DNA of 64,000 nt from an uncultured delta proteobacterium (GTDB lineage Bacteria > Desulfobacterota > Binatia > UBA9968), in NCBI GenBank assembly GCA_963745835.1, contig CAVUZH010000019.1, forward strand, positions 256,001-320,000, in the 5' to 3' direction. Of the stretch, positions 50,012 to 60,942 are shown one piece after another. The translations under genes and the position numbers were made by a program. Each line of letters begins with the position of its first letter. The stretch's first letter is position 1. The notes under the pieces were generated by a model. That model had not been told where the DNA came from, made no database searches, and was given only the letters and a program-made list of their open reading frames with translations.

Positions 50012-50977
50012 ATGGTAAAATTCCTTTTCTTTGCCCTCGTCGGCAGCGCCGCTCTCTTCAATTCCGCTTATACCTTCGGGCAAGCGCTGGAAACTGTCAG
50101 GGTCGGTATACCCAGTCCCTCTCTCTCCGTCCTCGCGCTGCGAACAGCTCAGGTTAAAAATCTGTTTCGCGAAGAAGGACTAGATGTATCTCTCATACAA
50201 CTGGCGACAAACGTTACGATTACAGCCTTGACCACCAAAGAAGTCGACTACGCCACGGCGTCGGTCGCCGCCATGCGCAGCGCGATCTCGGGATTGCCGG
50301 TCAGGACGGTAATGTTCGTCGTGCGCCGGCCGTTGCATGTCCTGGTGGCTAGACCGGAGATCAATTCTGTCCAAGACTTGCGCGGCAAGATCGTCAGCAT
50401 CGGCGCTTATAACGACCTCACCGACTTCGTCCTGCGCGCCATTCTTGGGCGCCATAATTTAGATCGAGAAAAGGACATCAAAAATCTTGTCATTTCCGGA
50501 AGCGGCTCGCGTTTGACCGCGCTCCTCACCGGAACCATCGATGGAGCGATACTGCCGCCGCCTTTCAATGTCGAGGCAGAAAAGAAGGGATTCAAACGCT
50601 TGGCCTCGGGAGCCGATGTTTACGAAGGCGGGATTACCGGTTTGAGCACGCATACCGATAAGTTGAGGGACAATCCGCATCAGATCAGAAAAATGATCCG
50701 CGCATTACTGAAAGGCCACTCGTTTCTCAAAACAAACAAAGCGGAATCGGTCAAATTGATTTCCGATTGGCTAAAGATGGACTCGTCGGTAGCCGGCGCT
50801 TCTTATGACATGTACTTGAACGCTCTAAGTGATGACGGGCTGGTCAGTGACCGCGCACTCATGCTCGATATCGCGCGGACGCGCGAAGCGATGAAGATTA
50901 AAGACGAAGTGCCATTGTCTAGAGTTGTCGACTTCTCGCTGGTCAAAGAGATCTCGGGACGACCTTCCAACCGCTAA
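50012..50977 (+). CDS. ABC transporter substrate-binding protein, NMT1/TauA-like
   Basis: LFREEGLDV, DLRGKIVSI; paralogue of 48916-49887. Confidence 0.88.
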   Translation: MVKFLFFALVGSAALFNSAYTFGQALETVRVGIPSPSLSVLALRTAQVKNLFREEGLDVSLIQLATNVTITALTTKEVDYATASVAAMRSAISGLPVRTVMFVVRRPLHVLVARPEINSVQDLRGKIVSIGAYNDLTDFVLRAILGRHNLDREKDIKNLVISGSGSRLTALLTGTIDGAILPPPFNVEAEKKGFKRLASGADVYEGGITGLSTHTDKLRDNPHQIRKMIRALLKGHSFLKTNKAESVKLISDWLKMDSSVAGASYDMYLNALSDDGLVSDRALMLDIARTREAMKIKDEVPLSRVVDFSLVKEISGRPSNR

Positions 50978-50983
50978 GTCTCT

Positions 50984-51991
50984 TCATTCGCTAAGCTCCC
51001 AGGTGCTGGGCGCGAAAAGATCATACGGCGTAATCGATCTTGCGCTTATTCCCTGCGCGTCACAGTACGAAAGGAACTTAGTCAGCGCGGCGAAATTCGC
51101 TTTCAATCCATAAGCCCAGGGATCGCGCCCTTCGAAAAGCGCGCGCTCATCATCGACATACCGATTCATCCAGGCCAGATTCAAACTGGGAACCGACCGC
51201 ATCCAGTCCCGGCCGAGCTTCTTGGCCTGACTAAAAAGCTCAAAAAGTTTTGCCGGCAGCTCCGGATAACGTTCAAACACTGCTCGGCGTGCAACCACGA
51301 CATGCATGATCGGAATGATTCCGGTGTTTTTATAGTAACTTAATTCCGCTTCTCGGACGTTTGTAAACAATGGCCTTACGCGGGCATGTCCAGCAAGCCA
51401 ATCGTACTTTCGATTTTCGGTGATCATGAGCACATCGATCTTTCCATCGACGAGCGCGCGGCAACTCATCTCGTACTCATCGTTTCCTTCCCCTTCAAGG
51501 TGCCTTATGATCGAACCGTCACGCGGCATGATCTTTTCTTCCACACGGTTTTCATGCCAATGATGAAGAGCCGAGACATACCAATCGGTGTCTTTTGCTG
51601 AGAGGTTATGCTCGTCGACCAGCATCCCTCGCAGCCAGATAAAAGCGGTCTGGACCCAGCGAAGACCGCCGATCTTTTTGCCGGTTAAATCTTCCGGCCC
51701 CCGTATGCCCGCCGTTCCATTGCAGAACATGAAGCCGTGCCGAAATAATCGCGACGGAAAAACCGGGATGCCGATAAAATCGCACTGATCTCGCGTCAGA
51801 TAATAGATCATTTCGGCAAGCGACATCTCAGCAACGTCATACTCGCCCTTGAACATTCCTGAAAACATTTTGACGACGTCATTGACTTCGTTGACCTGCA
51901 GGTCGATGCCTTGAGGGCGAAGCGCGCCGCGAATAATAGCGTTGGTGCCGTCGTAGTTGCGGCAGGCGAGGGTTATGGAACGGTCAGCCAT
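50984..51991 (-). CDS. 4,5-dihydroxyphthalate decarboxylase-like protein
   Basis: ITLACRNYD, YDVAEMS, IPVFPSRLFRH, IPIMHVV, DPWAYG. Confidence 0.82.
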   Translation of the reverse strand: MADRSITLACRNYDGTNAIIRGALRPQGIDLQVNEVNDVVKMFSGMFKGEYDVAEMSLAEMIYYLTRDQCDFIGIPVFPSRLFRHGFMFCNGTAGIRGPEDLTGKKIGGLRWVQTAFIWLRGMLVDEHNLSAKDTDWYVSALHHWHENRVEEKIMPRDGSIIRHLEGEGNDEYEMSCRALVDGKIDVLMITENRKYDWLAGHARVRPLFTNVREAELSYYKNTGIIPIMHVVVARRAVFERYPELPAKLFELFSQAKKLGRDWMRSVPSLNLAWMNRYVDDERALFEGRDPWAYGLKANFAALTKFLSYCDAQGISARSITPYDLFAPSTWELSE

Positions 51992-51997
51992 TCGAAC

Positions 51998-52801
51998 TTA
52001 AGCAATCCAGCCTTCCTCCGAAAGCTCGACGATATTGCCATCGGGATCTTTCAAATAGAGAGATTTTCCGGGATCGCCCGAAGGAACGCTCATGACATTA
52101 ATCTCCGGCTCACCTGGATAAAGATATGGCGGCGCGTTATGCAGTCTCTTCTTAATTTCATCAATGCTACCCACCTGAAAACCCACTCTCTCGAAACCAT
52201 TTTTGCTGGCACTGGTTTTCTTAAGCAATCCTAAAGCGGTCTTGCCAGCCGAGAGAAAGATGGCCCTTGCCTCGCCGGTTGGGTCGGTCACTCTGTTAAC
52301 CTCTCTGATCGGCAGAGCAGACTTATAGAAACTCGCAAGCCTCTCCGGATCCTCGCTGCGGATGCCGACATACCTGATTGCCGGAAGTCTCTCCGGCCCT
52401 CCTGCTTCCCACCCTCCTTCGGCAATCTCGAAAATCGTTCCGTCCGGATCGGTGATGCGCCACTCCTCATAGCGCCCATCCTGCGGACTCGCGACAAGTT
52501 TCACAGGAGGGTTTAGCGATGACAGTCTCTGCTCAATATCTTTGACGCTCTTGACAGTAAAGCCGATGTGATTGATGCCCGCATCCGGCATGATCTCCTG
52601 ACCGTCAACCATACGGTTGTACGATGAGCCCGGTCGAATCTGCAGGCAGTTAAGATTTATATATCCATCGCTCATGTAAAAAGCGTAAGGACTGTTCTGG
52701 AAGCGATTCCAAGACTCTTCCAGTCCAAATATTAGCTGATAGAACCTCGCCAGCCGCCGGTTGTTCTTCGTACAAATTGCCAAATGCTGAATCTCAGCCA
52801 T
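51998..52801 (-). CDS. VOC (glyoxalase-like) protein, two domains
   Basis: IQHLAICT, GINHIGF, DPDGTIFE, KDPDGNIVEL; paralogue of 47978-48820. Confidence 0.88.
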   Translation of the reverse strand: MAEIQHLAICTKNNRRLARFYQLIFGLEESWNRFQNSPYAFYMSDGYINLNCLQIRPGSSYNRMVDGQEIMPDAGINHIGFTVKSVKDIEQRLSSLNPPVKLVASPQDGRYEEWRITDPDGTIFEIAEGGWEAGGPERLPAIRYVGIRSEDPERLASFYKSALPIREVNRVTDPTGEARAIFLSAGKTALGLLKKTSASKNGFERVGFQVGSIDEIKKRLHNAPPYLYPGEPEINVMSVPSGDPGKSLYLKDPDGNIVELSEEGWIA

Positions 52802-52965
52802 ATAATACTCCTTACGAAATTACCGGCTGCAGACGAACAAGCCGATAAGAGCTTGTACATAGGGCCACGCTCGCTGCTATGAACGAGCCTGCGGCTTCAT
52901 AGCGTCCCGTCAACGACCTCGCTCCGTTTTATGAATAAATATGCGATCTCCAGGGACGAGCCGAC

Positions 52966-53478
52966 TTATTTTTTTCGCGGTAAAACGGCCCAGGCTTCGA
53001 TCTCGATCCGCATATCCGGCAGATCGATCCCTACGTCTCTGAGCAATGTCGCCGGTCTGGGATGCTGCCTGAGATCAGGCTCGTGCTCTTCAAAAAACTT
53101 GTACATCTCGTCACGCATGTCGAAGACGTCTTCTCGCCTACGTAGGAAGTAACGGAACATGACGATATTTTTCAGGCTGGCACCCATCTGCTCTAAACTA
53201 GCCTTGATATCTTCGAGTGTCGCTCGGGTCTGTTCCTTGATGCCGCCCACCACCTTACCTTTGCCTGATCGTTCCTCCTCAGGGCTTCTACAGGGGCCAT
53301 CTTCGAACGGATCTCTACCCGTTGACCCTGAGAGAAAAAGAATGTCAACGTCGCCTTTGGTTCTAAAACCAGTGGCCCAGTTCATCTTTTCTTTATGATA
53401 CTTGGGCCAGAGCGTGCCCCAGTCGTATTCGACCTTTTCTTGTTCTTGCCTTTCGAAGGCTTTCGAATTGATAGACAT
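52966..53478 (-). CDS. RidA/YjgF family protein
   Basis: LFLSG, EQTRATLEDI, PATL, IEIEAWA. Confidence 0.88.
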   Translation of the reverse strand: MSINSKAFERQEQEKVEYDWGTLWPKYHKEKMNWATGFRTKGDVDILFLSGSTGRDPFEDGPCRSPEEERSGKGKVVGGIKEQTRATLEDIKASLEQMGASLKNIVMFRYFLRRREDVFDMRDEMYKFFEEHEPDLRQHPRPATLLRDVGIDLPDMRIEIEAWAVLPRKK

Positions 53479-53709
53479 ATTAAGAGTCCCCTTTTCTTGT
53501 TGAGATAATTATCGATCTAATAAATCCTTGTAATCGGCAGAATTGCAAATTGGCAGAATTGTTTTGGATCTCAGATCCAATTCAGCCGTTTTACGATTAC
53601 AGCTGCAACGCCGATTGCATTCGTCGCCGATGAATATAGAAAAGTTCCTACCGTCATGATCGGCTTCGACTTTCCGATCTAGAAGATAATGACTTCTCAC
53701 AATGCATTC

Positions 53710-54786
53710 TCAACCAAGACCGAAAAGCGCCTTCGGATTATGATAGGTGATCTTCTCGTACTGAGATGCGCTAATCGTGCCCGTCTTCTTCAAATTGCGC
53801 AGAGCTTCGACCTCGGTGGATTGGTCATTGTGACCGTAGTCGGTACCAATCGTAAGATTATCCTCTCCTGAGTACTTCATGACATAATCGACGTCGTCAT
53901 CGGTTTGACATGATACGAATTGACGATATTCCTTCAGCGGGTTTTCCGGCAGTTCCTTCCCCTGCGTCGCCCAGCGGCGCTGCAGATCCTTGACGACATA
54001 GGGTATCCATTGCGCGGCGGCTTCGGCCCAGTGAAAACGAAGCTGCGGAAATAAAGTCGGCACCTCGCTCATGATTATCGAATGGAATGCGCCGATCACC
54101 GGAATGCGAAATTTCCAGAAACTGCCGCCGCCATTATATTGCGCTACCAAATCCAGCATCTGCGGGTTGCCATTACCGACGTGCACTCCCACCGCCATGT
54201 TGAGACGACTCATTTCCTCATACAGGGGATAGAAATACGGATCGGTGATAAGCCGATGGCCTTCGATGCCGCGCATAAACACGCCGCAGGCGCCGTTCTG
54301 CTGACAAAATTTCAGTTCCGTTAGTGAAGCGTTGATATCGAGCAGGGGCAATACACAGATCCAGCGCAGCCGTCCCCAACCTTGCCGATAGATATCGGCT
54401 AGCCAGCGATTGTATCCCTTGCAAATAGCGATTTCCCACTCAGGCTTATCGGTGATTTGCTCGATGAAAATCGTCGGATAAAGCACCTGAACGTCGATGC
54501 CCAGTTCATTCATGTGATCGAGCCGGGCCTCAACGTTCTCCATCTCGCGCGTCTCACGCGGTGTCCGCATATCACGGCCGGTGCGAGACGAAACCTCCGC
54601 CATCTCCTGCGCGGTCATTACGATCCGCACCAGGCCGCGTATCTTGCCATCGATAAACCAATATTCCCCACCCTTTTCCCCGCGGGGCCGGACTACAACC
54701 GGTCGATATTTTTGGTCGGCCGGCTCCATGAAGTCCCAGGTATGTTCTGACTCAACAACATGAGCATCAGAATCGATGGTCGGCAT
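53710..54786 (-). CDS. Amidohydrolase family protein (Amidohydro_2)
   Basis: IDSDAHVVE, GVHVG, GTDYGHND. Confidence 0.92.
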   Translation of the reverse strand: MPTIDSDAHVVESEHTWDFMEPADQKYRPVVVRPRGEKGGEYWFIDGKIRGLVRIVMTAQEMAEVSSRTGRDMRTPRETREMENVEARLDHMNELGIDVQVLYPTIFIEQITDKPEWEIAICKGYNRWLADIYRQGWGRLRWICVLPLLDINASLTELKFCQQNGACGVFMRGIEGHRLITDPYFYPLYEEMSRLNMAVGVHVGNGNPQMLDLVAQYNGGGSFWKFRIPVIGAFHSIIMSEVPTLFPQLRFHWAEAAAQWIPYVVKDLQRRWATQGKELPENPLKEYRQFVSCQTDDDVDYVMKYSGEDNLTIGTDYGHNDQSTEVEALRNLKKTGTISASQYEKITYHNPKALFGLG

Positions 54787-55348
54787 GACAGATACCTCGC
54801 CTCATAAGAAATGTTTCAACCGCAAATGAAATCGGCAGAGTCTTACATGAACGCCTGTTCTCTTACGAGGCGTATTGCCCTACGGCTATTGCTTAGATGC
54901 ACCCTTATTCTTTGATTTACATGGAGTCAAGAAACAACCAGAGCTACACAGCAAGCCGGAGGCCTAATGAGGTGGGTTAGTCCAATGCCATCGATAACCT
55001 GTTGAGGACAGATGAAAACAAGCTTTCAGTTGGGCCTGCTTTGGATAGCAAATCTGCAGCGAATCATGCGCGACTTATCTCGGTCGGCGTGCTCTCTGTA
55101 ATCATCGAAAAAACAGAACGATAAACACCGTCGCTAACAAAGGAGGTAGCTAGTCTCTCGGACGCCAATTTCGAGCAGCCATTTTGACCGCCGAGTTCAG
55201 ACCTTTGATTGAGTGATGTGAAAGCTAGTCCTCACCAAGAACACTGCTAGAAACTTTCAAGCTTGTCGGTCCTAGAGGCTAGTGACAGTTCAATCGGCTT
55301 TCAAGTTTATGGCGCTCATGTTTCTATTGCAGTCATGGAACAACAAAC

Positions 55349-56440
55349 GTGAGCAATAAAAAATTAGTAATTGGAGAGTTTGCCAACTTTCGGGAGCGAC
55401 TACCTGGTATTCTTAAGGCACTCGCTGTCGGTATTCCGGCGGGATATCTGTTTGACCTGCTTGACACGCCGATTCCGTGGATGATTGGGCCGATGATCGC
55501 TGTTGCAACAGTGAACTTGATGGGCGTGCGGATGCACTCGCCCCCATATGCCCGTCATTTTGGTCAGGTAATTCTCGGTTCAGCAGTGTCGCTCTACTTT
55601 ACGCCACCCGTCGTCGCCGCGCTGGCGGGTAACTTGCCCGCGATCGTTGCCGCGACCATAGCGGTTTTCTTGATCGGCGCGCTCGGCGCATTGATGCTAA
55701 GCCAGGTTTCCGGTGTTGAACGAAAATCGACCTTCTTCGCTTCAATTCCGGGGGGCGCCATGGCCATGGCGGTGTTGGCCGAGCGTTATGGCGCTCAGAT
55801 CGCGCCCGTGGCGGTCGCTCACAGCCTGCGCGTTTCGCTGGTTGTTATCCTGATCCCGTTTGCACTCACTTATGGAGGAATCCCCTTGGAAGCGTCTGCT
55901 TACCGACCCGTTCTTCCGCTAGATTTCGCGATCCTCCTACCATGGTTATCATTTAGCTTTTTCTTGGGGGAAGTTTCCGAGCGCATGCGCTTTCATAACG
56001 GTTGCTTGCTGATGCCGATCTTTTTCGGTGCTGCGCTCACAGTGAGCGGCATCGAGCTTTCTGCGGTGCCGCACCGGCTGATGGATTTCGCCCAGCTCAT
56101 GTTTGGCCTCGTGCTCGGCGCCCGTTATGAGCGCGCGTTCTTCGCCCGCTATCGCATGTTTATACCTTTTGCTTTACTCAACTCCTTTTTCATTCTCATC
56201 GCCTCTGTCGTCGCTGCCGCGACGCTCGCCTGGGCGTTCAGCTTACCGATCGCAACGATGATCATTGCGACCTCGCCCGGCGGTCTGGCAGAGATGACGA
56301 TAACGGCGCAAGCCCTGCAGATCAGTGTCCCCTTGGTGGTTGCCTTTCACCTATTTCGCGTGGTGATGGTAAACATGGGAACACAATATTTCTACGCGTG
56401 CGCCGCATGGATGTTTGATCGTAATGATCGGAAAAACTAG
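55349..56440 (+). CDS. AbrB family membrane protein (AidB-regulator type)
   Basis: PIPWMIGPM, FFASIPGG, ATSPGGLAEM; ~10 TM helices. Confidence 0.88.
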   Translation: MSNKKLVIGEFANFRERLPGILKALAVGIPAGYLFDLLDTPIPWMIGPMIAVATVNLMGVRMHSPPYARHFGQVILGSAVSLYFTPPVVAALAGNLPAIVAATIAVFLIGALGALMLSQVSGVERKSTFFASIPGGAMAMAVLAERYGAQIAPVAVAHSLRVSLVVILIPFALTYGGIPLEASAYRPVLPLDFAILLPWLSFSFFLGEVSERMRFHNGCLLMPIFFGAALTVSGIELSAVPHRLMDFAQLMFGLVLGARYERAFFARYRMFIPFALLNSFFILIASVVAAATLAWAFSLPIATMIIATSPGGLAEMTITAQALQISVPLVVAFHLFRVVMVNMGTQYFYACAAWMFDRNDRKN

Positions 56441-56543
56441 GGTAATATCAGAAAGGGCAAAGGCCGAGATGATGAACGGACAGGAGGAATGTAACTGCTC
56501 AGTTACTCAGGGGCATTGTCCCTGAGCGCGGCCGCCGCGGACA

Positions 56544-56948
56544 TTACCTTCCATGAGATCTCGACACTGCGGCAACAGTTTTGGTTCTCCGCCGTAGCAT
56601 TGGCTGCTGACGGGACGTGATTTCACAATCTTGGATCTTAGCCTTCTTCCAAAGGAGCAAGCCTTGGCGCAGATAATCAGGTGAGAACCTCAAGGTTTCA
56701 CAGATGCTTTCGAAGGAAAAGAACCAGTCGCTGTCCTTATCCCATAACCACTCCTCCACCTCGTGGAGCAACGCTTTTCCTTTGGGATCTTCGGCCACGG
56801 CATACTCCTGAAACTGTTCAATCGCATTTTCCAGCACCGCGAGCATAAGCTTTTCTTCTGCACTTGCGGCTCTGGTGAACTGACTCTGCGCCAAGCCGGT
56901 ATCCACCGGATCGATCGCAACGAGGGACTTCCAATGCTGAAGAATCAT
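56544..56948 (-). CDS. Conserved hypothetical protein
   Basis: EEKLMLAVLENAI...EVEEWL...FSFESICETL..PDYLRQGL; RBS GAGG. Confidence 0.75.
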   Translation of the reverse strand: MILQHWKSLVAIDPVDTGLAQSQFTRAASAEEKLMLAVLENAIEQFQEYAVAEDPKGKALLHEVEEWLWDKDSDWFFSFESICETLRFSPDYLRQGLLLWKKAKIQDCEITSRQQPMLRRRTKTVAAVSRSHGR

Positions 56949-57141
56949 CTATTAGGTCCTCAAGCGGCAGTGCCGCGTATCGAAATTGCTGACGAGCCCG
57001 AGTGTGTCCGCAGGCGGGAGGAGAGACTCGATCGAAGGAGATCGCGCCGGATGTGATGTTACCGGTACTCTGCCTGCCCAGACCTGTGGGTGAAAACCTG
57101 GGCAGGAAATTTCCTGGACCAAGCCTTCGTTTGGAGCTAGC

Positions 57142-57156
57142 GCAACCGATGTGCCG
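57142..57156 (-). promoter_or_regulatory. Sigma54 (-24/-12) promoter candidate
   Basis: CGGCACATCGGTTGC matches YGGCAC-N5-TTGC; oriented toward 56948. Confidence 0.6.
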
Positions 57157-57536
57157 CGCAGCTTACTCTCCTACTCAGGAAAAAAGAGAACTCGGTATGA
57201 CAAAAGTCACCGGCATCACTGCCTCGTATGCCCGATGCAAGTTATCGGAGGATTCGGAGGGACTACGGCGCCCTCTTGTAAGCGAAGATAAAATGGCACG
57301 TATGCCGTCGTGATCCGCGCCCTCCTGCATGGTGGAGGTCATCGCTTCCACTGTTGCAGATGAATGCGATTGGTTTTTCGGGGTTATTATCGCGAGGAAT
57401 TACTTAGGGAATATGCTTACCTGCGCAGCCGAGAGGTAAGAACTAAGCAGCCGAACCAACAGATCGTTGACTCCGAAGTTCACCCAACCTATATATTTAG
57501 CTTTAACGTTGGATTGACCTGGAGGAATTGTAATTC

Positions 57537-58577
57537 ATGGATCGCTACTCAATGAAATTCGGGGCGCACTATTTACCTACCTATGTTCCTGATCTCGATG
57601 GCCCTCTACCCGAATACTATCGAACGATGTTCACGCAAATGGAGGAGATGGACCAGTTAGGCTACGATCATATCTGGGTTACCGAACATCATTTTGCGTA
57701 CTATGGAGGCACGTTGCCGCATCCACCCACGTTCATGGCGGCCGTTGCGCGCACAACCAAGCAGATTCGCCTGGGAGTGGCGATCAATGTGCTGCCGCTG
57801 CATAATCCGATCGATGTCGCAGAGTCCTACGCCATGGTCGATGTCATTTCAAACGGGCGGTTGGATTTTGGGGTGGGCAAGGGCAGCGAATCCCATGAAT
57901 ACCGAAAATTCGGCATCGACCAACAACAAGCAACCGGACGCATGTATGAAGGAACCGAGGTCATCCTTCAGGCGTGGTCCGAGAAACCAGTTAGTTTTCG
58001 CGGCGAATTCTTTAAATACGATAACGTGCCGGTTTTCCCAAAGCCGGTGCAGCGTCCGCATCCAAGATTTTGGGTAGGTTGCGCGCGCAGCGAAGATTCA
58101 TTTCGTTGGGCGGGTGAGAAAAACTTTCACTTGATGACGCTGCCTTATATCTATCGCGAGGCCGATGTGTTGCCTAAGTTCGTCAAGAGTTATCGAAGTG
58201 CACAGGCACAAGCCGGGCATGACTTCACCCAAACCGATGTACTGGGGAAGTTCCACATTTACGTGTCGGGCAGTCTGGATCAAGCTATTCGTGAGGCAGA
58301 GCCCTATCTCAATAACTATTTTGACGTTCATGCGGTGGCGGACCCAGATCGGAAAGAGCAAGGCCTCTTAACTCAGCGCGATGCCCGAACTCAACTGGCC
58401 GAAGGGTTTGTGCTGGCGGGGGATCCGCAGCGCGTAGTCGATACGATTCGCAAATGGCGCGACGAAGTTGGGCTGACGACTATCTCGGGCACGTTCCATT
58501 TCGGCGGCATGCCGCAAGAACTGGCGCTCAAGAACATCCGTCTGTTTGCTGACAAGGTAATGCCCGAGTTGAAGTAG
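57537..58577 (+). CDS. LLM-class flavin-dependent oxidoreductase
   Basis: WVTEHHF, ISNGRLDFGVGKG, PKPVQRPHP. Confidence 0.93.
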   Translation: MDRYSMKFGAHYLPTYVPDLDGPLPEYYRTMFTQMEEMDQLGYDHIWVTEHHFAYYGGTLPHPPTFMAAVARTTKQIRLGVAINVLPLHNPIDVAESYAMVDVISNGRLDFGVGKGSESHEYRKFGIDQQQATGRMYEGTEVILQAWSEKPVSFRGEFFKYDNVPVFPKPVQRPHPRFWVGCARSEDSFRWAGEKNFHLMTLPYIYREADVLPKFVKSYRSAQAQAGHDFTQTDVLGKFHIYVSGSLDQAIREAEPYLNNYFDVHAVADPDRKEQGLLTQRDARTQLAEGFVLAGDPQRVVDTIRKWRDEVGLTTISGTFHFGGMPQELALKNIRLFADKVMPELK

Positions 58578-58600
58578 TATTCAGCCGATCGGCGTTTTTC

Positions 58601-58634
58601 AAAGCTCGAGCTTCCGTCTCGAGCTTTTGTTTTT
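58601..58634 (+). terminator. Rho-independent terminator
   Basis: AAAGCTCGAG-7 nt loop-CTCGAGCTTT followed by TGTTTTT. Confidence 0.75.
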
Positions 58635-58802
58635 CAATGATTCGACCCAGCAGTCGACCTGAATCCTGCGATGAACTCCTGCGGCAGTTAACGGAAAGTC
58701 CTCAGTGAACGCCGCATCATTGGACTTTGCTAGGACCTTCAGGTATGAGACGTTGAAGCCTGCAACAGGATCTACCGCGTGTCGCGGATCGGAGGATCAC
58801 AC

Positions 58803-59690
58803 ATGAAAATCTGTCACTACGATAGCAATCAAGCCGGCGTCATTGTCGAAGACAAAGTCTACAATATTGGCAATGCCTTGATTAAGGCTGGGGTTGCCCG
58901 CAACGGTTACACGATGCTCGAGATTATCGATGCACTGGCCAACGACTCTAAAGCGATGCAACTTGCACGAGACGCTTCGCAGGACGCCGCAGGGATCCCG
59001 CTCAATTCAGTGAAGCTCTTGGCGCCCATTACCAACCCGGGATCATTGTGGGCTGCGGCGGCAAATTACCGGGCACACCAAAAAGAGATGATCGAGCGCA
59101 TGGGCAGCGCAGACCGAGTCACCAAAAGCAAAGACGAACTGATGGCCGAGTTCTTCCTCAAGACGACGTCGTCCATCATCGGGCCCGGTGACACGATAAT
59201 TTTGCCGAAAGTTTCCAAGCTCGTTGATTTCGAGTGCGAGCTCTGCGCCGTCATCGGCAAACGGGCCCGTAAAGTGACCGAAGAGCAGGCGCTCGATTAT
59301 GTTTTTGGTTACACCATCTGCTGGGACATCAGCCAGCGCGATCCTTGGGGAAAAGGCGTGCAGAACACGCGCAATATTCGCAAAGGATTCGATACCTTCA
59401 GCGCTTTGGGTCCATGGGTCGTGACCCGGGATGAGATCGATGAACCGCAAAATCTGACAATAAAAGTTTTACAAAACGGCAAAGAAGCGATGACGGCGCA
59501 TACCAGCGATATGATTTGTGGCTTGCGCGATCATATCCGTTTTCTCACCAGCTGTCTCACGCTGCGCCCGGGTGATCTGATCACCACCGGCACACCTGCC
59601 GGCGTCAGCAAGCTCAACGATGGGGACCATCTTCACGGCACGATTGAGAAAATTGGCTCAATGGAACTCCGCGTGAAGGCAGAAGAGTAG
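58803..59690 (+). CDS. Fumarylacetoacetate hydrolase family protein
   Basis: NYRAH, DFECEL, DISQRD, RKGFDTF, TGTPAGV. Confidence 0.93.
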   Translation: MKICHYDSNQAGVIVEDKVYNIGNALIKAGVARNGYTMLEIIDALANDSKAMQLARDASQDAAGIPLNSVKLLAPITNPGSLWAAAANYRAHQKEMIERMGSADRVTKSKDELMAEFFLKTTSSIIGPGDTIILPKVSKLVDFECELCAVIGKRARKVTEEQALDYVFGYTICWDISQRDPWGKGVQNTRNIRKGFDTFSALGPWVVTRDEIDEPQNLTIKVLQNGKEAMTAHTSDMICGLRDHIRFLTSCLTLRPGDLITTGTPAGVSKLNDGDHLHGTIEKIGSMELRVKAEE

Positions 59691-59710
59691 CCATTGGAAG
59701 GTAAAGCTCT

Positions 59711-60820
59711 ATGTCCTTACCACTCAAACTTGATCCTCCGACCCGAACATTGCTTGGACCTGGCCCCAGTCCGGTTTCTTCAAGGGTGCTGAAAGCGCTC
59801 TCACTGCCGGTCGTGGGTCACCTGGATCCGGAGTTCCTAAAGATCATGGATCAAAGCATGGCGATGCTACGCGAGGTTTTTCAAACCAAAAATCGCCTCG
59901 CACTGCCCATGTCCGGTACCGGCAGTGCGGGCATGGAAACGTGCTTCGTCAATGTCATCGAGCCCGGTGATTCAGTTTTAATCGGCGTGAACGGTATTTT
60001 CGGCATGCGCATGGTTGATGTTGCTGAACGTTGCGGCGCGCAGGTGGATGCAGTTCAGGCCGAGTGGGGCTCAGCCCTGGACCCACAACAATTCCGCGCC
60101 GCATTAGCGAAGAAGAAGTACAAATTGACCGCAGTAGTTCACGCCGAAACATCAACCGGAGTTCTGCAGCCGCTCGATGAAATCGCAAGACTGGTGCATG
60201 AGAACGGCAGCTTGCTGCTCGTTGATAGCGTAACGTCTCTGGGCGGCGCTCCCGTGCGCGTCGACGAATTAGGTATCGATATTTGCTACAGCGGCACGCA
60301 AAAATGCCTCGGTTGCCCGCCCGGGCTGTCACCGGTTACTTTCAACGAGCGAGCGATCGAAGTAATCCATAATCGCAAGCGTAAGATTCAAAGCTGGTAT
60401 CTCGATCTATCGATGATTGAGAAATACTGGGGCAGCGAACGCGTCTACCATCATACCGCGCCGATCTCGATGAATTATGCGTTGCATGAAGCGCTCCGTA
60501 TTGTCCTCGAAGAAGGTCTCGGAGCAAGCTGGCAGCGCCACAGGCACGTGCATGAGACCTTCGTTCGTGAAATGCACAAGCTCGAACTTGAACCCGCAGT
60601 GGCCGAATCGATTCGGGCGCCAATGATCAATACGGTTAAAATCCCAGAGCGCGTCGATGATGCTAAGGTGCGTCAGCGTTTATACGACGAGTTCAATATT
60701 GAGATTGGTGCCGGACTTGGACCGCTCAAAGGCAAAGTCTGGCGCGTCGGTTTGATGGGCCATGGCTCGCGAGTGGAAAATGTCGAGTTATTGGCAAAGG
60801 CGCTGAAACAGTTAATCTAA
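59711..60820 (+). CDS. Alanine-glyoxylate/serine-pyruvate aminotransferase (class V PLP)
   Basis: [30 protein letters not shown]. Confidence 0.93.
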   Translation: MSLPLKLDPPTRTLLGPGPSPVSSRVLKALSLPVVGHLDPEFLKIMDQSMAMLREVFQTKNRLALPMSGTGSAGMETCFVNVIEPGDSVLIGVNGIFGMRMVDVAERCGAQVDAVQAEWGSALDPQQFRAALAKKKYKLTAVVHAETSTGVLQPLDEIARLVHENGSLLLVDSVTSLGGAPVRVDELGIDICYSGTQKCLGCPPGLSPVTFNERAIEVIHNRKRKIQSWYLDLSMIEKYWGSERVYHHTAPISMNYALHEALRIVLEEGLGASWQRHRHVHETFVREMHKLELEPAVAESIRAPMINTVKIPERVDDAKVRQRLYDEFNIEIGAGLGPLKGKVWRVGLMGHGSRVENVELLAKALKQLI

Positions 60821-60942
60821 TCGTCGCGCGGAAATCGATTGGAAGCTGGGCTGTTCGGGTGCGGCGCGACACCTTCTTGATTTGATATCAGTTAGATTGA
60901 CCACATCCAGGAGCGTCAAACGAGCGTAGCATTTTGCGACCG

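Noticed and set aside
54790-55345. Long intergenic region as ncRNA or tRNA
   Set aside because: No cloverleaf, known riboswitch motif or strong structure was recognised by eye; a cmscan would be needed.
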